Below the pieces are notes generated by a model. It ran no database searches. It was not told the origin of the DNA and saw only the letters and a list, made by a program, of their open reading frames with translations. The translations under genes were made by a program, and so were the position numbers. Positions 33,934-42,939 of a DNA stretch of 64,000 nt are shown piece after piece. The stretch's first letter is position 1; the number at the start of each line of letters is the position of its first letter. Source of the stretch: Candidatus Iainarchaeum sp. (lineage in GTDB: Archaea; Iainarchaeota; Iainarchaeia; Iainarchaeales; VGJJ01); contig VGJJ01000001.1 in NCBI GenBank assembly GCA_016867455.1, positions 3,337-67,336 on the forward strand. Direction: 5' to 3'.

Positions 33934-35574
33934 TTAACGTTTTATAAACACCGCAAAATCATCATGCCAATAATCCGGGGTCATTCCGTTCGGCAGCGCA
34001 TACAAACGGGTGTCCACCACCAAATAATGGTATGGAATTTTTTCCACGCAGGAAAAACAACCCTTTTCGACTGCTTCACGAACAATCGTGGTCTCACTCA
34101 AATAGTATTGGGCAGCCGGGTTGCGTGAGAAGAGGTGCAGTGCCAGCGTAAAGTTGGCCGATGTCGCATCCACGGGAATCTTGTTTGAGTATTGAGCCAT
34201 TTTCCCGGGTCCGCGAGCGAAAAAAATAGTTCTTTCCGGGAGGGGTTCCACTCGACTAAACCATTCTGAAAAAGCCGCTTCCCGAATGCCTGTTTTGCTT
34301 CCGTGAGCGAGTCGAGTCAAATCGTTTGACGTAAAATTAATGAAAAATCCAATGAGTAATACTGCCAGTAGTACGAAAACAATTATCCGTGCGGGTGTAG
34401 CACGTGATAATGCGGCTGCCGCAAAAATAATAGTAAACAATGCCCCTGCCTCCAAGAATTTAGAATGCAACAACAATACGGGAAAAAAATTGGCCAAAAT
34501 AACATACAGCAACACTCCTAATGCGGCCAGAATTCCCGCGCGCGGGAGAAATAGGTTCCCGCGAAACGCGGCAGGCATTCTCATTCCTAAAACCAAAATG
34601 GATACGATGGGAACTACTCCCAAAAAAACAACTAATGGGAGAATCGTTCGCAAAAATGATTCAACCGATAATGAGTGTTCCAAGGGAGTAGATCCCCCGC
34701 TCAGGAGGGCGGGGAGAAACATGAATACGAGTAAGGGCAGCACGGCCACGAAGCCAATGATACTCACGCGGAGAATAGTGGTGATAGTGGGTCGATGCAA
34801 AAAGAGTGCAAACCCAAAAAGAATGCCCGCCACGTAAGGGTGGGTAATTCCCGCTCCCGCAAAGAGAATAGCACTCATCACGGGTCGGTCACGCAAGGAT
34901 AGAATAGCCGTGAACGATAGTCCCAATCCCAATAGGAGGGGATATTCTCCCACGAATAAATCCACGAAAATGAGTCGCGCCCCAATTAGTAGTGCGGCTG
35001 CAAAAAATAATGCTTCTTTTTTTCCGCTCGTCCAAATCGCGAGTCGTGTGATGGCATACACGAGCAAAATAATTCCTAGCACGCCCAACAACCATCCCCC
35101 CGCGTGGAAGGGTAATCCTGTTACTTGATGAAGTTGAGAAATTAAGAGTGGAACTCCCGGCTGATAGAAAAAGGGCACATCAAAATACGGCGCATACGTC
35201 GCGGGAATAGTTGTTTGAATTAATTTCCCTGCCGCGCTCGGAGTGGCATCCGCACTCAAATCGTATCCTCCTTGCACGCCAAAAAAAACATATCCTAGTG
35301 TAGCAACGAGGAATAGTGTGAGTAAAATCATTGCGTGAAAAGAATGGGGTGAAAAATCAAACGTGATGGCAGCGCTGTTTCCATCCACCCATTTTTTTTT
35401 GAAATGATGCAGACAAAAAACAAAAATAATGGTTGCGAGTGGAATCATCCACGTGATGCCAATCGTGTATCCTGCCCAGAGTGAAAAAATAATCCACGCG
35501 CTCAAAAATAATGCAAATTGATCCGTGAATGAAAATAGGACATTCATCAAATAATTATTTTCAAGACGATTCAT
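33934..35574 (-). CDS. Polytopic membrane protein, GT-C-like glycosyltransferase candidate
   Basis: About 13 TM helices, external loop with SAD...FYQPG, soluble C-terminal domain; glycosylation-cluster context. Confidence 0.55.
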   Translation of the reverse strand: MNRLENNYLMNVLFSFTDQFALFLSAWIIFSLWAGYTIGITWMIPLATIIFVFCLHHFKKKWVDGNSAAITFDFSPHSFHAMILLTLFLVATLGYVFFGVQGGYDLSADATPSAAGKLIQTTIPATYAPYFDVPFFYQPGVPLLISQLHQVTGLPFHAGGWLLGVLGIILLVYAITRLAIWTSGKKEALFFAAALLIGARLIFVDLFVGEYPLLLGLGLSFTAILSLRDRPVMSAILFAGAGITHPYVAGILFGFALFLHRPTITTILRVSIIGFVAVLPLLVFMFLPALLSGGSTPLEHSLSVESFLRTILPLVVFLGVVPIVSILVLGMRMPAAFRGNLFLPRAGILAALGVLLYVILANFFPVLLLHSKFLEAGALFTIIFAAAALSRATPARIIVFVLLAVLLIGFFINFTSNDLTRLAHGSKTGIREAAFSEWFSRVEPLPERTIFFARGPGKMAQYSNKIPVDATSANFTLALHLFSRNPAAQYYLSETTIVREAVEKGCFSCVEKIPYHYLVVDTRLYALPNGMTPDYWHDDFAVFIKR

Positions 35575-35622
35575 AGTTTACCTTCGATTATAGGGTTTAA
35601 ATGGTCAACCGATGTGCAATAC

Positions 35623-36345
35623 ATGAAACCCATGAATTCTCCCTGCTCGGTGTCGCTGGTGATTCCGGCGCATAATGAAGAAAATATTATTCGCGAAACC
35701 GCATTGTCCTATTATGATGCTCTTACTCATGCGAAGGAAATCAAATCATTTGAAATTATTCTCGTGAGCAACCATTGCTCGGATAATACTCCAAAAGTTT
35801 GCCGCGAGCTATCCAAGAAAAAAAATATTATTCATTTGGATTTTACCGAAAAAATCGGCAAAGGGGGAGCGGTAGAAAAAGGATTTATTCAAGCCAAATA
35901 CGATTGGTTGGGTTTCGTGGATGCGGATAATTCCATTAAGCCTGAACAGTTTCTTCGATTAGTGCGCGAAACCAACGCACAGGAAGTGGGTGCGGTCATT
36001 GGTTCCAAACGCATGCCTGAAACCATCATGAATCCTCCGCAGCCATTATCGCGTCAAATCATGGGATGGTTTTTTTCTAAGTTTCAGAATATTTTGTTTC
36101 AAACGGGAGTCAATGATAGTCAATGCGGTGCCAAAATTTTTAGGAGAAAAGCGATTGAGCCTATTCATTTTTTAGAAAAAGGATTCACGTTTGACGTGGA
36201 GTTGCTTCATCGCACGCTCCGCGCGGGATATAAAATAAAAGAATTGGGAGTGGTTTGTCAAAACAGTTCCGTTTCTCGCGTCAAATGGTTTTCTCCCATT
36301 CAGATGTTTATTGAACTCATTCGTTTGCGTGCGCGGGTAAAATAA
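35623..36345 (+). CDS. GT2 dolichyl-phosphate glycosyltransferase-like
   Basis: SLVIPAHNEE, GKGGAV..G, FVDAD, IGSKR, DSQCGAKIF, FDVELL. Confidence 0.9.
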   Translation: MKPMNSPCSVSLVIPAHNEENIIRETALSYYDALTHAKEIKSFEIILVSNHCSDNTPKVCRELSKKKNIIHLDFTEKIGKGGAVEKGFIQAKYDWLGFVDADNSIKPEQFLRLVRETNAQEVGAVIGSKRMPETIMNPPQPLSRQIMGWFFSKFQNILFQTGVNDSQCGAKIFRRKAIEPIHFLEKGFTFDVELLHRTLRAGYKIKELGVVCQNSSVSRVKWFSPIQMFIELIRLRARVK

Positions 36346-36387
36346 TGCGCCAAAATAAAAAAATAACAAACGAAAAATATAATTCCA

Positions 36388-37344
36388 TTATACGATTCGC
36401 GCGCGCCAATAATCCAGCGTATCATCCAGCGTCTTCTCGAAAGGAATCTCGGGCTTCCATCCGGTTTTTTGGTGGAATTTGGAGTAATCCCCGTGGAGTA
36501 TTTCTACGTCGCTCGGCCGCATGCGGGATTGATCCACTTCTACGCGAATATCTTTTTTATGGCTCTTGGACACGAGGTAATTGAGCATGTCTCGAATCAC
36601 CCATGGTCTTCCGGAGCAAATATTATATGCTTCTGCATAATCGCATTTTTGTACCGCTAAATAATAGGCTCTCACCACGTCGCGCACATCCGTATAATCG
36701 CGCTGCGCATTAAGATTTCCCACTTGAATAATGGGGCTTCGTTTTCCTTTTTCGATTTCAGCAACTTGTTTAGCAAAATTTGATGTCACAAATACGTCTC
36801 CGCGTCTCGGTCCTTCATGATTAAAGGTTCTCGTGATAATTGTTTTGAGTCCGTAACTTTTATGGTATTGATAAGCGAGCATTTCTTCGGCAACCTTGGA
36901 CACGGCGTATGGTGAAAGCGGGCGAAGGGGATTCGTCTCCTTGATTGGTACTTCCTGCGGGGTTACAAAACCGTATTCTTCAGACGAGCACGCTACTTGA
37001 ATCACTGGATTAATTTCCGCGTGGCGAACGCCTTCCAATACATTAATGGTTCCGTGCACATTCGAATCAATGGTTCCCGCAGGATGGTCGAAGGATGCGC
37101 GCACAAAACTCTGTGCGGCTAAATGGAAAATATAATCAGGCTCGGAGCGCTTGATGGCCGAATACGTTGAGAAGGGATCGCGCAAATCACATTCAATTAA
37201 TCCAATTTTGTGTTTGATGGAATCAATGTTATCCATGCGGGAGCGCCAGCGATAAGTACCATCGACTTCCAGCCCCTGCGATAGCAAATACTCGGCAAGG
37301 TGTGATCCCACGAATCCGGTTATTCCTGTGATGAGCGCGCGCAT
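36388..37344 (-). CDS. GDP-mannose 4,6-dehydratase / GDP-6-deoxy-hexose reductase-like SDR
   Basis: LITGITGFVGSHL, HLAAQSFV, SSEEYG, SPYAVSK, FNHEGPRRG, GNLNAQRDYTDVRD. Confidence 0.88.
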   Translation of the reverse strand: MRALITGITGFVGSHLAEYLLSQGLEVDGTYRWRSRMDNIDSIKHKIGLIECDLRDPFSTYSAIKRSEPDYIFHLAAQSFVRASFDHPAGTIDSNVHGTINVLEGVRHAEINPVIQVACSSEEYGFVTPQEVPIKETNPLRPLSPYAVSKVAEEMLAYQYHKSYGLKTIITRTFNHEGPRRGDVFVTSNFAKQVAEIEKGKRSPIIQVGNLNAQRDYTDVRDVVRAYYLAVQKCDYAEAYNICSGRPWVIRDMLNYLVSKSHKKDIRVEVDQSRMRPSDVEILHGDYSKFHQKTGWKPEIPFEKTLDDTLDYWRARIV

Positions 37345-37368
37345 AGTTAACCACCATCCAATTCCTAT

Positions 37369-38148
37369 TTAAATCTCATTTTTTTGTTGCAGAATTAATT
37401 GTTCCAATTTTTTAGACCATTTCCACTGATCAATGTTTTTCGTGATGAATAGTCTCATTTTTTTTTCTAGTTTTTGCTGGTAAAATTGAATGACTTTTTC
37501 AGTTATTTCGTTCTCGCTTCCGGCCGAGAATAGTAAACCATTTTTCCCATCGTTTACCCATTCGGCATTTCCTCCCACGTTCGAGGCTAAAATGGGCACG
37601 CCGAATGATAGGGCTGTGGGAATCACGGCAGACTGGGAGATGGCTGTATATGGTAAAATGACCGCATCCGCTGCGCTAAAGTAGAGTGGCATTTCTTCGT
37701 CTTTCACGAATCGATTCACGAGTTTGACGTGTTCACGAATGTGGAGCGCGTCAATGATATTTTCGTATTCGGCCTGGTCACCCCAGTATTCTCCCACCAC
37801 TAATAATGTTAGTTTTGGCCGTTGGGCGAGGATGGCGGGCATTGCGTTTAGGAGGATTTTCAATCCCTTGTAGGGGCGGACAAACCCGAAGAAGAGGAGC
37901 ACGTCTCCTTTAATTTGTAGTTTTTTTTGAGCGAGTTCTTTTGAAATGGTTTCATTCGTTCGCGGAATCAAATCAAGTTGGGGTCCCCGAACGTAAACAA
38001 CCTTTTTTTTCGGGAGATGTTTTTGAATCAAGTGCTGAGACTCATGAGACTGCACCACTAAGTAGTCAAGTTTTCCCAAAAATAATTTGGTTAACAGTCG
38101 GTGCACGGCAAAAAAGGGTTGGCTGTGGAGCAGGTGAATGATTTTCAT
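37369..38148 (-). CDS. GT4 glycosyltransferase, C-terminal part of a split gene
   Basis: LLFFGFVRPYKGL, FSAADAVILPY...SQSAV...ALSFG.P..ASNVGG; lacks the first half of the N-domain. Confidence 0.8.
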   Translation of the reverse strand: MKIIHLLHSQPFFAVHRLLTKLFLGKLDYLVVQSHESQHLIQKHLPKKKVVYVRGPQLDLIPRTNETISKELAQKKLQIKGDVLLFFGFVRPYKGLKILLNAMPAILAQRPKLTLLVVGEYWGDQAEYENIIDALHIREHVKLVNRFVKDEEMPLYFSAADAVILPYTAISQSAVIPTALSFGVPILASNVGGNAEWVNDGKNGLLFSAGSENEITEKVIQFYQQKLEKKMRLFITKNIDQWKWSKKLEQLILQQKNEI

Positions 38149-38540
38149 GCGTTTTTCACTCCGTGGGGAAACACATTATGAATCATCGCCGCAGTGGTGG
38201 TGTGTCCGCGGATGAGTAGGTTAATGAAAAAATAGCACGGAAACAAGTACGTGGTCCACCACACAAAAAATACTCGGTCGGGTTTTTCTCGGCGAATGAA
38301 CGTGCTCACGTTCCACCAATTCAGAGGGTTGAGTGCATCCACCCATTCTCTTTTTTCATAGGATAATTTTTCTTTTTTTTCGTCCATGCGCGAGTGGGCG
38401 AAAAGAATCGAAGGGTAGAGTCTCTTGAATGAGAGTCCAATTACCGTGTTTGATTCTCCGAGCAGCGTGCAAAACTCGTGGGTGGCACCGGCGATTCCTC
38501 CTCGCGTCGGAGGGAGTGGTCCGATGATGATTATTTTCAT
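38145..38540 (-). CDS. GT4 glycosyltransferase, N-terminal part of a split gene
   Basis: MKIIIIGPLPPTRGGIA, SFKRLYPS.LF, NPLNW, WW....PCY, HNVFPH; stop overlaps the next start (ATGA). Confidence 0.75.
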   Translation of the reverse strand: MKIIIIGPLPPTRGGIAGATHEFCTLLGESNTVIGLSFKRLYPSILFAHSRMDEKKEKLSYEKREWVDALNPLNWWNVSTFIRREKPDRVFFVWWTTYLFPCYFFINLLIRGHTTTAAMIHNVFPHGVKNA

Positions 38541-38556
38541 TCCAACACGTTCCGTT

Positions 38557-39522
38557 TTATTGTTTGACAAGGGGCTTCCACCACCATTCGTTCTGCCTAT
38601 ACCATGTCAATGTTTCGCGCAGTCTTTCGTCGAATGGTTTGGTGTGGGTGAATCCAAGTGCTTTGATTTTTTGGGCATTCACCGAGTATCGTTTGTCGTG
38701 CCCTTTCCGGTCTTCGACGTATTGAATCATGTCTTCCCCTTTTCCCATTTCGTGGAGAATCATTTTGATTATTTTGAGATTGGGCATCTCGTTTTCTCCC
38801 GCGATGTTGTATACTTCCCCGCTGGTTCCTTTTTGTAAAACTAAATCAACGCCCCGGCAGTTGTCTTCTACGTATAACCAGTCTCGTATGTTCATTCCGT
38901 CGCCGTACACGGGGACTTTTTTTCCGCGGATGAGGTTAGTGGCAAATAGTGGGAGCATTTTTTCGGGAAATTGATATGGTCCAAAATTGTTGGAGCTGCG
39001 GGTGATGACGACGTGCATTCCGTATGTTTGCGAGTAGGAATACGCTAAGCGCTCCGATCCTACTTTTGATGCCGCATACGGGTTGCGCGGGTTGAGCGTG
39101 TCACTTTCGACAAAACTTCCATCGAGGATGTGTCCGTAGACTTCGTCCGTGGAGATGCATAAGAATTTTTGGATATTATTTTTTCGTGCTGCCTCCAACA
39201 AGGAATGAGTGCCCAGCACATTCGTGCGAAGGAAAATGGCCGCGTCTTGGATGGCTCGGTCCACGTGGGATTCGGCCGCGAAGTGCACCACGGCGTCGCA
39301 GTCTTTCATGACTTCATCCATTTTTTTGGTATCACAAATGTCCGCGTGCACAAATGAGTAGCGGGGATTTTTTTCTACATCCAAGAGGTTTTCTTTTCTT
39401 CCCGCATACGTGAGGAGGTCCACGTTCACGACTTCATGCGTGGGGTGGTCTTTCAAATAGGTTCGAACGAAATGGCTTCCTATAAAACCGCTTCCGCCGG
39501 TGACAAGGACTTTCATACTCAT
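38557..39522 (-). CDS. rfbB: dTDP-glucose 4,6-dehydratase
   Basis: VTGGSGFIGS, D.LTYAG, HFAAESHVDR, ISTDEVYG, PYAASK, SNNFGPYQFPEK, RDWLYVED, DRKGHDKRY. Confidence 0.95.
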   Translation of the reverse strand: MSMKVLVTGGSGFIGSHFVRTYLKDHPTHEVVNVDLLTYAGRKENLLDVEKNPRYSFVHADICDTKKMDEVMKDCDAVVHFAAESHVDRAIQDAAIFLRTNVLGTHSLLEAARKNNIQKFLCISTDEVYGHILDGSFVESDTLNPRNPYAASKVGSERLAYSYSQTYGMHVVITRSSNNFGPYQFPEKMLPLFATNLIRGKKVPVYGDGMNIRDWLYVEDNCRGVDLVLQKGTSGEVYNIAGENEMPNLKIIKMILHEMGKGEDMIQYVEDRKGHDKRYSVNAQKIKALGFTHTKPFDERLRETLTWYRQNEWWWKPLVKQ

Positions 39523-39642
39523 GAATGCCCCCTCTTTTGTTTTAAGGAAGCACGTTCAATCGTGGAATAATCATAGTACAATCCTCGCGTGAACCGTTGT
39601 AAAAATAGCGGGTTTATTAGTCATTGCGTGCCATGCTTACGT

Positions 39643-40629
39643 ATGAGTATTCCTCGGAAACTCCCAACCAAAGTTAAACTAGTGGTCACCATTCCGGCGT
39701 ACAATGAAGAATCCACCATTGTTTCAGTTATCAACAGCATTCCTTCTGTTATCGAGGGTGTTCATGATATTCGTATTTTAGTGGTGGATGATGGGAGCTC
39801 GGATCAAACCGCCGCACGTGCAACGAAAGCGGGTGCTCGTGTGGTTTCAAATGCGATGAATCGCGGTCTAGCGTATACTTTTTCCCGCGGTCTCGAAGAA
39901 GCATTGGGCATGGGTGCGGATATTATTGTGAATACGGACGCGGATAATCAGTATGATCAGTCTCAAATTCCTCAATTGATTCAGCCTATTCTTAATCGTC
40001 AAGCCGACATGGTGTTAGGTTCTCGTTTCAAGGGCCACATTGAAGATATGTCTTTTTCCAAGCGCTGGGGAAACCAGCTCGCTTCTCGCGTCGTAAAATG
40101 GGTTTCGGGCTTGAATATTTCGGATGGTCAAACGGGTTTTCGCGCGTTCACGCGTGATGCGGCACTGCGTTTGAATATTTTTTCCTCGTTCACGTATACG
40201 CAGGAAACTATTTTGGAAGCGGCTGATAAAAAAATGCGCGTGGTTGAAATTCCGTGCACGTTTCGCAAGCGCGCGGATAAGAATCGATTGTTCGCGGGTG
40301 TTTTTGATTATGCGCGGCGCGCGATAATGACATTAGTGGTGGGCGCCCTCAAGTACCATCCTATCAAAACGTTTGGATACGCGGGCATCGGTCTTGTGAT
40401 AATTGGTGGCATCATTGGTCTTCCGGTAGCGGAACTTTTTTGGTCAACGGGTTCCGTGGGTCCTTTTACCCTGCGTGCGATTGCTACGGGAATTTTTTTC
40501 ATTTTGGGTTTTCAACTAATTTTCTTGGGTTTTATTGCTGAGTTGTTGAAGCATAATCGTCAGATTGCCGAACGGCAATTAGTGGAAGCCAAGCGTGCGC
40601 GATTGGATAACGTGTCGCGTGCCAACTAA
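39643..40629 (+). CDS. GT2 polyprenol-phosphate glycosyltransferase with two C-terminal TMs
   Basis: IPAYNEE, VVDDGSSD, NTDADNQY, GSRF, DGQTGFRA. Confidence 0.9.
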   Translation: MSIPRKLPTKVKLVVTIPAYNEESTIVSVINSIPSVIEGVHDIRILVVDDGSSDQTAARATKAGARVVSNAMNRGLAYTFSRGLEEALGMGADIIVNTDADNQYDQSQIPQLIQPILNRQADMVLGSRFKGHIEDMSFSKRWGNQLASRVVKWVSGLNISDGQTGFRAFTRDAALRLNIFSSFTYTQETILEAADKKMRVVEIPCTFRKRADKNRLFAGVFDYARRAIMTLVVGALKYHPIKTFGYAGIGLVIIGGIIGLPVAELFWSTGSVGPFTLRAIATGIFFILGFQLIFLGFIAELLKHNRQIAERQLVEAKRARLDNVSRAN

Positions 40630-40652
40630 TTTTTTTGTTTTATAGAAATAGT

Positions 40653-40811
40653 TTACTTTTCGTTTCCAGTCGCGTCTCGTTCGGCGGGTGCTTCATTATT
40701 CCAGGTAATGCGGCTGGTTTCTTTTCCTTTGTGGCATTCGCATGTGCAGTGGGGCCAATATACGCTGACGCCGCATCCGCATAACAAACAGGGGTTTTTC
40801 CACACGGTCAT
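40653..40811 (-). CDS. 52-aa Cys-rich microprotein (absent from the ORF track)
   Basis: MTVWKNPCLLCGCGVSVYWPHCTCECHKGKETSRITWNNEAPAERDATGNEK; GGTG SD-like and TTTAAA upstream; fills an otherwise empty 300-bp gap. Confidence 0.6.
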   Translation of the reverse strand: MTVWKNPCLLCGCGVSVYWPHCTCECHKGKETSRITWNNEAPAERDATGNEK

Positions 40812-40936
40812 ATGCACACCATGTCGGTAAAATACTTTAAATCAACCCGTACATTCTTCGAAAAAACATTGTTATTCATGCGGAAAGCGAAAATGTACCA
40901 CTAGGCATTTTAATTGGATTTGAATTCTTTTCATGC

Positions 40937-42391
40937 ATGAAGGTCCTTCTCATCCGTTCTCCCTCGCTTACGGGAGGAACGAATTCTCGTCTCGCGGCCA
41001 GTTTGGCTAAAATCATGGGAGTGGTTCCCCCGTTGGGATTGTTGTATGTGGCTGCGGTCTTGGAGCGGAGTAAAATCCCCGTTAACGTGTTGGATGCTCT
41101 CGTGGAAGAGATTGATATGGCGGAGACGCAGCGTCGAATTAAGGATTATGCCCCCGATTTAGTGGGGATTGCTATTTCGAGCTCCACTATCAAGCAGGAT
41201 TTGGATGTTGCTCGTTTTTGTAAGGAAGCCGGTGCTAAAGTCTTGTTTGGGGGAGCCCACATGACGAGCTACCCTCATGAGTTGCTTTCCTATGATGAAG
41301 TTGATTTTGGCATCATGGGAGAGGGAGAAACACCCTTCCTTAAACTCACGGAAGCCCTGCGCGATAGTCTTCCATATGAGCATATTGATGGTCTCGTCTT
41401 CAAGAAGAATGGTCGCGTCACCATCAATAAACCGTGGATTGAGCCTGATTTGAATGCACTTCCCTACCCTGCACGTCACATGGTTCCGTGGGAAAAATAC
41501 TCTATTATTATTGCCGACCATCCCATGGCAACTATTTCCACGGGAAGAGGGTGCCCTTATCGCTGCGGCTTTTGTTACAAGCAGCCGAGCGACATGAAGT
41601 ATCGTTTTCGCAGTGCGGATTCGATTATGGGGGAAGTCCACGAAGTGTATAATCGATACAAGGTTCGCGAGATTTGTTTTGTGGATGACACATTCACGGT
41701 TGAAAAAAAACATGTTTTGGAATTTTGTGATAAATTTATTGCAGCCGGTCTTCACAAGAAAATTAAGTGGCAGACCACCACGCGCGTGGATTGTGTCGAT
41801 TATGAGTTGTTGAAGCGTATGAAAGAAGCGGGTTGTCGTCAGTTGCGTTTTGGTATTGAGTCCGGTGACCCTGAAACACTCAAGTTGATGAATAAACAGA
41901 TTTCTCTCGAGCGAGCCAAGCAAGTCGTTAAGTGGTGCCGTGAAATTGGTATCGAATCGTTTTCGTATTTCCAAATTGGCTACGCTCATGAGACGGAAGA
42001 AAGTATTCAGCGCACGATTGATTTTTCGATTGACTTGGATTTGGATCTAGTCATGTACAATGTGGCTACTCCCTTGCCGCAGACGCCATTGTATATGTTG
42101 GCCATGCAGGAAGGCATTATTCAGGGGGATTATTGGCGCGAGTACACATTAGGAAAACGCACCGATCGGATTCCTTTTTTTGTGAAGGATGCGGACAAGT
42201 GGGTTTCGCGCGCATACAAGGCTTTTTTCTTCCGCCCTACATTTATGCTGAGACAAGTGGGTAAGCTGCGCAGCCCCCGGATGTTCAAAAAGTATGTGGA
42301 AGCATTCTTGGCTATTACGTTCTTCAACATGGTTCCGGACGAAGAAGCGAAAGTGGATGAGTCGGCGGCGGCTGGAACAACCACTGCGTAA
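40937..42391 (+). CDS. Cobalamin-binding radical SAM protein
   Basis: PPLGLLYVAA, GGAH, GEGE, GRGCPYRCGFC, DDTF, GIESG. Confidence 0.92.
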   Translation: MKVLLIRSPSLTGGTNSRLAASLAKIMGVVPPLGLLYVAAVLERSKIPVNVLDALVEEIDMAETQRRIKDYAPDLVGIAISSSTIKQDLDVARFCKEAGAKVLFGGAHMTSYPHELLSYDEVDFGIMGEGETPFLKLTEALRDSLPYEHIDGLVFKKNGRVTINKPWIEPDLNALPYPARHMVPWEKYSIIIADHPMATISTGRGCPYRCGFCYKQPSDMKYRFRSADSIMGEVHEVYNRYKVREICFVDDTFTVEKKHVLEFCDKFIAAGLHKKIKWQTTTRVDCVDYELLKRMKEAGCRQLRFGIESGDPETLKLMNKQISLERAKQVVKWCREIGIESFSYFQIGYAHETEESIQRTIDFSIDLDLDLVMYNVATPLPQTPLYMLAMQEGIIQGDYWREYTLGKRTDRIPFFVKDADKWVSRAYKAFFFRPTFMLRQVGKLRSPRMFKKYVEAFLAITFFNMVPDEEAKVDESAAAGTTTA

Positions 42392-42427
42392 TTCAACTCA
42401 AAAAAAAAGAAAACAAATTCAAAATGA

Positions 42428-42904
42428 TTATTTTCGCTCGCATACTTCGGCGAGGAGGCCATTGATGACTCCAATCACATACTTGAGGGAGTTGGCTTCT
42501 ACTTCTAATATTTCATGTTCGTTTCCCGCGTACAAGTATACTTTTTCTTCGTCAAAAATTTGTTCATCGATGACTTTCCATAAATAGTTTTCTAGAAAAG
42601 GGTGCAAGTGTTGAAGAGACAACCCCGTGTGAGCGAGGCATTCGTTATTTTCACCCACACGCAAGGGAGACATTCCCACGTGCTTTTCCAATTCGTGAAT
42701 GTTTGTTTTTTTTCCGTGGGAGCGAACCACAATCACGGGGTCTTTGGGTCCCATGTAGAATTCGTATTCCAGTACTTGTTCGGGTCGGCAGTGAATCATT
42801 TCGATGATTTGCTTGGAAGACAGTTTCGCGGGAGTGGGTATCACTCGATAATCCACGCGCTGCGCGTCCAGCCAATCTTTTCCGGAAGAACGAGAATGAA
42901 CCAT
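42428..42904 (-). CDS. YbaK/aminoacyl-tRNA deacylase-like protein (divergent)
   Basis: Size and pattern (L...G...LR......TG.....HPF....VIDE......VY..AG); catalytic Lys and GG motif not evident. Confidence 0.55.
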   Translation of the reverse strand: MVHSRSSGKDWLDAQRVDYRVIPTPAKLSSKQIIEMIHCRPEQVLEYEFYMGPKDPVIVVRSHGKKTNIHELEKHVGMSPLRVGENNECLAHTGLSLQHLHPFLENYLWKVIDEQIFDEEKVYLYAGNEHEILEVEANSLKYVIGVINGLLAEVCERK

Positions 42905-42939
42905 ATCAACTAGTTTGACGCGGCAATTGATATTTAACG

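Noticed and set aside
41159-41989. 276-aa antisense ORF (also 24309-25016 and 2114-2740)
   Set aside because: Antisense to well-supported conserved genes; no recognisable motifs
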